Shown: in pieces, positions 58,977 through 64,000 of the stretch | Position numbering within the stretch: the stretch's first letter is position 1 | Layout: every line of letters starts with the position of its first letter | Program-made: the position numbers and the translations under genes | The notes under the pieces: model-generated | Told to the model about the DNA's origin: nothing | The model's database searches: none | The model's input: the letters and a program-made list of their open reading frames with translations, nothing else | From: Blepharisma stoltei ATCC 30299 | Taxonomy: Eukaryota > Protista > Ciliophora | NCBI GenBank assembly: GCA_965603825.1 | Contig: CBFDEM010000056.1 | Coordinates: 744,001 to 808,000, forward strand | DNA length: 64,000 nt | Reading direction: 5' to 3'

Positions 58977-61094
58977 ATGGAAGATTCCCCTAGACTTACA
59001 GAAGAAAGGAGGAAAGAAATCCTTGAAAACCTTAGGAAAGAAAGGGAAAAAAGGAGAGAGATGCTGACTAAAGGAGAAAATATTGAAGGATCGTATAATA
59101 ATACTCCGCAATCTTCAAATAAAAACGTAGGATCGACTTTAAGAAGCGAAACTTTGAATAAACTGCTGCAGGAAAGAAGGGAAACGATGGAGCAAGGACA
59201 GAATTTGCTTGATTGGACTAAGCAAAAACTACAGGAAAATGTTAGAGAAGAAAAAGATTATAGGAACTATTTAAGTGGAAGTGGGTCAGAATGCCCAACT
59301 CCTAGAAAAAAACCAACAGCGATTGCAAGCTCTCCTAGGTCAGAAATTAGCATAAAAAAAGAGGTACCTATGAGCAAAACTAAAGAAGTCCCTAAAAAAG
59401 CAGAAAAACCTGAGCCAGCTAAACCTCCAACAAAACGAAAAGTTCCAAATCCAAGACCTTCAAGCGCACCTCCTCGTAAGAACCAAGAAAAGCCTAAGCC
59501 TTCAGCTCAGCCTACATATAATCAAGAATGTACTTTTAAACCCAAAATAAACCCCCTTCCGCAAACTAAAGAGCTAAATTATAACAAACCAAAATCCCAG
59601 GATTTTGACTCTCGAATTGATGAGCTTTCCAAGCCAAAAAGCGAAACCATTAAAAAGAGAGAAAAAGAAAGACTCGCAAAAGAAAAGGAAGCTGAGAAAT
59701 CCTGCCCATTTAAGCCACAAATTTCGCCATATCCTATGAAGCGGCAAGATGAGCCTGTTGAAGAAAGGCTAATTAAGTTGGGAGAAGAAAGGGCTAAATC
59801 AAGGGAAAAATTGCTTCGAGAAAAAGAAATGAATGAAATGATAACACATAGTTTTACGCCAAAAATAAGCTCAGAATCTGAAAAAATAGCAAAAAAGAAG
59901 CCGCCAATTTATAAAAGGATTTTTGAAATTCAAAAAGAGAAAAACAATGAAATGGAAAAGCTTAGGCTTGAAAATGAAAAAGGGTCAGAAATGGCATTCC
60001 AGCCAAGGATAAATCCGAAATCTGAAAGAATTGCAGAGTATAAAAAAAGGCTTGAAGAGCAAGGAGAAGTTCTTAGAAAAACTCGGTCCATCGACGAATA
60101 TAGAAAAGAAGAAAGTGAAAAATACACTTTTTCTCCAAAGATTTCAGCACGGACTAATGGAAAAGGATTCGAAGAGTTTTTAGAAAGACAGGAAGAGTTC
60201 AAGTTAAAAATAAAAGAAAAAACCCAGCAAAATATCACAAAATGGCAAAGTGATGAATATACATTTGCTCCGACTATAAATCCATCTTCAAGGCAGATGG
60301 CTCAGAACATAGACAAATCATATGATGATAAGCTTGACAGGATAGGAAAAGACGAGCACGAGCGACGAGAAAACAAAAAAGCTATGATTCAGCAAGAATA
60401 CTATTCAAAATTCACTTATGAACCTGAAATAAATCAGCTCTCAAAAGCATTAGGCAGAGCTGTATCTCTAGAAGAGCTTGCTTACGATGAAGAAGGCAAA
60501 ATCAAAAAAAGATTGCTTGCTGGTGCTCTGACTGCAGAAAAAGAACAAGCCTGCACATTTAAGCCTGAAATTAACAAAAATAAATACACTGGAATTCGCA
60601 GCAAATACACCGACCCAGAAAATGTCCTAGACAACATTCATGAAGAATTAAACAAGAAAAACGAAAAAATCGAAGCCCACCGCAGCATAAAAGATTCAGA
60701 GGAGCTTAAAGACTGCACATTTAAGCCACAAATAAACACTCCAAAGCCACAAACTGCAAAGCCAATAGTAGTTTCAGGCCTGGACAGATTTTTAGAGCTT
60801 AAAGAACTGAAAAAAAGATATGATGAAGAAAAAAAAGAAAGAGAAGAAAAAGTGTTTGGGTTGAAAAATAAGAATAATTGGGACCATTACTATACAGTTC
60901 CTCAGCCTTTTAATTTGACAACTGCAAATAAAGAGGAAAATCTTAAGAAACTGAAACAGGAGCGATTAGAAGAAGAAATGAGGGAATGCACTTTTAAACC
61001 GAATACAATGGAATCGTAAGAAATATTTAGAAAAAACCTCCAAGCTATCAGTAGGATTCTGGGAGACAGCTTTTTACATTTAAAAGTCTGATAA
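58977..61094 (+). CDS. Coiled-coil protein with ~10 ECTFKP-x-IN repeats, ~700 aa, one intron
   Basis: Repeats visible in the translation. The apparent TAA 61017 lies inside intron 61016-61030; the spliced frame ends ..LKV-TGA-TAA. Confidence 0.8.
61016..61030 (+). other. 15-nt intron
   Basis: gtaagaaatatttag matches the consensus of the other introns. Confidence 0.75.
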
Positions 61095-61142
61095 AATAGC
61101 ATTATTTTAATATAAAATTTCCCTAATATTATTAGATTTAAC

Positions 61143-61751
61143 TTATTGAAGCCATGAGTCATCATCCAACAACTCTAAAACATCTTGCTCAAACGTCCTA
61201 GGCGGGTTTCTCTTATACTCCAGCGCTTTCCTACAGCAAGTTTCAAAAATCCTAACTACATTGGTCCCATCTGCTGCTGAGACAAAGAAAAATTCCAGTC
61301 CATGTGTTTCTGCGAACTTGAAATTCCTTTTCGTCACTTCTAAATCCACGTCAATTTTGTTAGCTAATAGAATGCAGGGAATATTAGGGCAAAATGTTCT
61401 CATTTCTTTGTACCAAACTTTTAAATGGTCATAAGTAATCTTGCGTGTAACATCAAATACAAGAATGCAGGCATGTGCGCCGAAGTAATAAGAAGAGTGC
61501 AGCCTATTGAAACAGTCCTGGCCGGCTGTGTCCCATATGTCGACTTTGAGAGGATCTCCGTCCAGTACAGTGTTATATCGAAACATTGTAAGGGCAAATG
61601 TGGAAAGTTGACGTTCCTCATAGTCATCGATGAGGAACCTTTCTACAAGTTTGCTCTTGCCGACTGCAGAGTCGCCTAAGAGGATGATTTTTATGTCAGC
61701 GTTTGGAAGTTCAGCAGCTTCTTTGGCTTTTCGTTCGATTTCTGGATCCAT
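61143..61751 (-). CDS. RABL2: Rab-like 2 GTPase (ciliary)
   Basis: GDSAVGKSKLVERFL, WDTAGQ, AHACILVFDVTRKITY, NKID, SAADGTNVV; no CaaX. Confidence 0.93.
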   Translation of the reverse strand: MDPEIERKAKEAAELPNADIKIILLGDSAVGKSKLVERFLIDDYEERQLSTFALTMFRYNTVLDGDPLKVDIWDTAGQDCFNRLHSSYYFGAHACILVFDVTRKITYDHLKVWYKEMRTFCPNIPCILLANKIDVDLEVTKRNFKFAETHGLEFFFVSAADGTNVVRIFETCCRKALEYKRNPPRTFEQDVLELLDDDSWLQ

Positions 61752-61950
61752 TTATGAATCTCGTTAAAATAAAATAGAAATAATTTGAAAATGTTAAGGG
61801 TTTTATGCTTTGAAAATCTTATTTTAATAAAAAATAACTCATAATATAATAATTCAGAAAGAAATTTAAAATCAACATATAGCATTTAATGCTCCCGTTA
61901 TATTGTTTTTATATAACTCATTCTCCTTTAATTTAATAGTTCTTTATAAA

Positions 61951-63975
61951 ATGCCACTTGATTCATGCTTTATTCGAAATTTTAAAATGGATCCTTTCAA
62001 ATCAAGAGTATATGACGATAAGAAGTCACTGGATCGTGATTTTGCTCCTTTTCTCAAAGGAGTTGGAGGTGTTCACTTTAGAACAGAAGAAGATGATGAT
62101 TTAGAAAGGCAAGCATTAGCTGAAATTGAAAAATTACAACAAGAATTAAACCCAGAAGAGCCTTCACAAGTTGAGTATAAAAGGTCGATCCAAACTCCAA
62201 TGACTCCAAGTGAAGAAAATGTTCTCGGAATGCTACAGACTAGAAATAGCAGAAGGAAAAGGACTGTGGGTGCTGAAAATTCTCGACCTGCCACAATGCC
62301 AGTTGCTAAGTCTATTATGAAGCCTCCAAGTGAGACTAGAACTATAGTGACTCAGTCCACTGGTTTTGAAACAAGACCATTTACTTCTTTTACTACTGAT
62401 GAATCTAAAATATCTAAAACTAAAGATGAAGAAGAGGCTAAATCTCCTGAACAATTAAGGATAAAGCTACTTGAAACACAGCTTGCAAATTTATTAGCAC
62501 AGAAAGAAAGAATGATCTCTGAACAAAAGGCAAGATTTGATAATCAGCTGCAGCAAGAAAAGCAAATTCTTACTCGTGATTATGAAGGAAGCGTAAATCA
62601 GTTAAAAGAATGGTTTGATTCTAAAAAGAGCTTGCTGGAATCAGCAAGAAGGCAGCAAGAAAAAATAGCTAGCCTTTCTCAAACCTTGTCAAAAAATGTT
62701 CAGACTGTTTCCAGTCTAAACCAGCAATTTTCAAGAGACAAAAATTATTCAGAAAATTTGAAAGAGCAAGAACTCATCGCAAAAGAAAAATCATTAGAGC
62801 TGAGAGAAAGCAGATTGACTTCACAAGTCCAAATTCTTGACCAAGATAAACAAAAGTTTGCAAATAAAGTTAGACTAACTGAAGAGATTGAAGCACAGAA
62901 AAGAAACTCCATTTACCAAGATAAGCTGCACTTGAGACATGAGCTTGATAAATTAGAAAAATATCAAGAAGAGTTAAAAGCCCAAGAAAGAAAAGAAAAA
63001 AAGCAACTTGCAATGGAAAAACATCAATTATCATTATATAAAGACCAGATCGAAAGAGAAGAAAAAGAAATGTGGGCAGATATAGAAGAAAGAGAAAGAA
63101 AACTAATAGAAAAAGAAGACACAATAGAAAACGAAAAAAATGAAGCCATTTTCCAAATTCAGCAAGAAAAAGGTGCAATTATTGCTCAAATGAACTCAAT
63201 TGAAAATTTTAAGAAAAATATTAATGCAATGTTTGCAGAGCTTGAAAGAAGAACAAAATATATTGAAGAAAGGGCAAAAGACATTAAAATAGAAATTGAG
63301 TATATCAGCAAAGAAAGCGAGCTGCTAGAAAGGGAGCGCGAAAAATATGAAAAAGAAGCACAAAAAGTCCACCAGATGTCTGTAGAAATAAGTCAACAAA
63401 CTGAGCTCATTGTAGCTACTAGAAAAGATATAGACACACAAAAAAATGATTTAGAAAAAAAGAAACAAGAAGCGCTTACATTAATGGCAGCTTCAAAAAG
63501 CGAAAAATTAAAAATTGATCAGAAAACCAGAGATTTGATAAATAGGATGAAAACTTTTGAGTGCTTAAGGACTTTAGATATTTCTGAAGTAGAAATACCC
63601 AAAATGGAAAGCATTGACATCGATGCCATAAAAGTTCCTAAAGTAAGTCGCCAAATCCGGTCAAAATCTGTTGCTCCAGTAGCTAGAAAATTCAATTCAC
63701 AAGAGTTTTTAAAAGAACTTGAGCCATATAATAAAGCTCGAGAAGAGTTTCAAAATTATCTTACAACAGAAAACAGTGTATTGCTTAACAGTAAGTTGGC
63801 TTGTGAAACTGGAATAACGAAGAGTATGATAGGATCAAGGCATGTGTTTTCAGATGCATCGAATTCTTTTTTTGGGCAGTCATCTTATTTTAGTGCAGGA
63901 AGTTTTGCTAAGCCGATTGATAGTATTAGAAAATCAAGGAATTTTGAAAGTTTTTCTTCGAATAATCCACTTTAA
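61951..63975 (+). CDS. Long coiled-coil protein (start 61951 or 61987)
   Basis: Uninterrupted E/K/Q-rich ORF ending TAA. Confidence 0.75.
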   Translation: MPLDSCFIRNFKMDPFKSRVYDDKKSLDRDFAPFLKGVGGVHFRTEEDDDLERQALAEIEKLQQELNPEEPSQVEYKRSIQTPMTPSEENVLGMLQTRNSRRKRTVGAENSRPATMPVAKSIMKPPSETRTIVTQSTGFETRPFTSFTTDESKISKTKDEEEAKSPEQLRIKLLETQLANLLAQKERMISEQKARFDNQLQQEKQILTRDYEGSVNQLKEWFDSKKSLLESARRQQEKIASLSQTLSKNVQTVSSLNQQFSRDKNYSENLKEQELIAKEKSLELRESRLTSQVQILDQDKQKFANKVRLTEEIEAQKRNSIYQDKLHLRHELDKLEKYQEELKAQERKEKKQLAMEKHQLSLYKDQIEREEKEMWADIEERERKLIEKEDTIENEKNEAIFQIQQEKGAIIAQMNSIENFKKNINAMFAELERRTKYIEERAKDIKIEIEYISKESELLEREREKYEKEAQKVHQMSVEISQQTELIVATRKDIDTQKNDLEKKKQEALTLMAASKSEKLKIDQKTRDLINRMKTFECLRTLDISEVEIPKMESIDIDAIKVPKVSRQIRSKSVAPVARKFNSQEFLKELEPYNKAREEFQNYLTTENSVLLNSKLACETGITKSMIGSRHVFSDASNSFFGQSSYFSAGSFAKPIDSIRKSRNFESFSSNNPL

Positions 63976-64000
63976 ACTGAAATTTTTGAATTATTTAACT

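Noticed and set aside
1736-63178. Short antisense or nested ORFs in the track (e.g. 31690-32085, 39650-39925, 53751-54206, 55113-55502, 59930-60238)
   Set aside because: Shadows of real genes on the other strand or frame; F/L/S-rich, with no motifs.
1-64000. Mycoplasma or mitochondrial origin (also UGA=Trp), or the UAR=Gln ciliate code
   Set aside because: Eukaryote-specific nuclear genes with spliceosomal introns; TAA/TAG end conserved proteins and occur internally only within introns.
1-64000. Telomeric repeats, transposases, retained IESs
   Set aside because: No telomere tracts, transposase motifs or unexplained coding interruptions were seen; intergenic IESs cannot be excluded by eye.

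Overview
Gene-dense, AT-rich eukaryotic DNA, almost certainly the macronuclear genome of a heterotrich ciliate of the Blepharisma type. The supplied ORF track is misleading for two reasons. (1) TGA is a sense codon: about 50 in-frame TGAs by hand count, many at invariant Trp positions; TAA and TAG are the stops. (2) Genes carry 15-nt GT..TAG spliceosomal introns (13 found, all with A at position 10). Re-reading gives about 45 protein genes and one tRNA-Lys(TTT). Housekeeping genes include OGT, MPI, eEF1B-like, EF-hand PIP5K, acyl-CoA oxidase, PNO1, CK1, two AMPK-family kinases, BolA, FAAH-like amidase, ODC-like, RPL28, CLU-like, a SET methyltransferase, GDH and RABL2. Best leads: a prokaryotic pRiA4b ORF-3 family gene recoded to the host code; a PX domain fused to a LAMTOR1/Ego1-like segment; a G-U-rich 116-nt intergenic hairpin; a beta-thymosin/WH2-BTB fusion; a PX-IQ-F-box-LRR-FYVE protein; a stand-alone voltage-sensor protein; strong gene-to-gene differences in TGA use, with TGAs next to 3' ends; same-strand genes only 2-25 bp apart; and a recurrent AGCCA upstream motif. 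All domain calls are from motif recognition by eye, not database searches.
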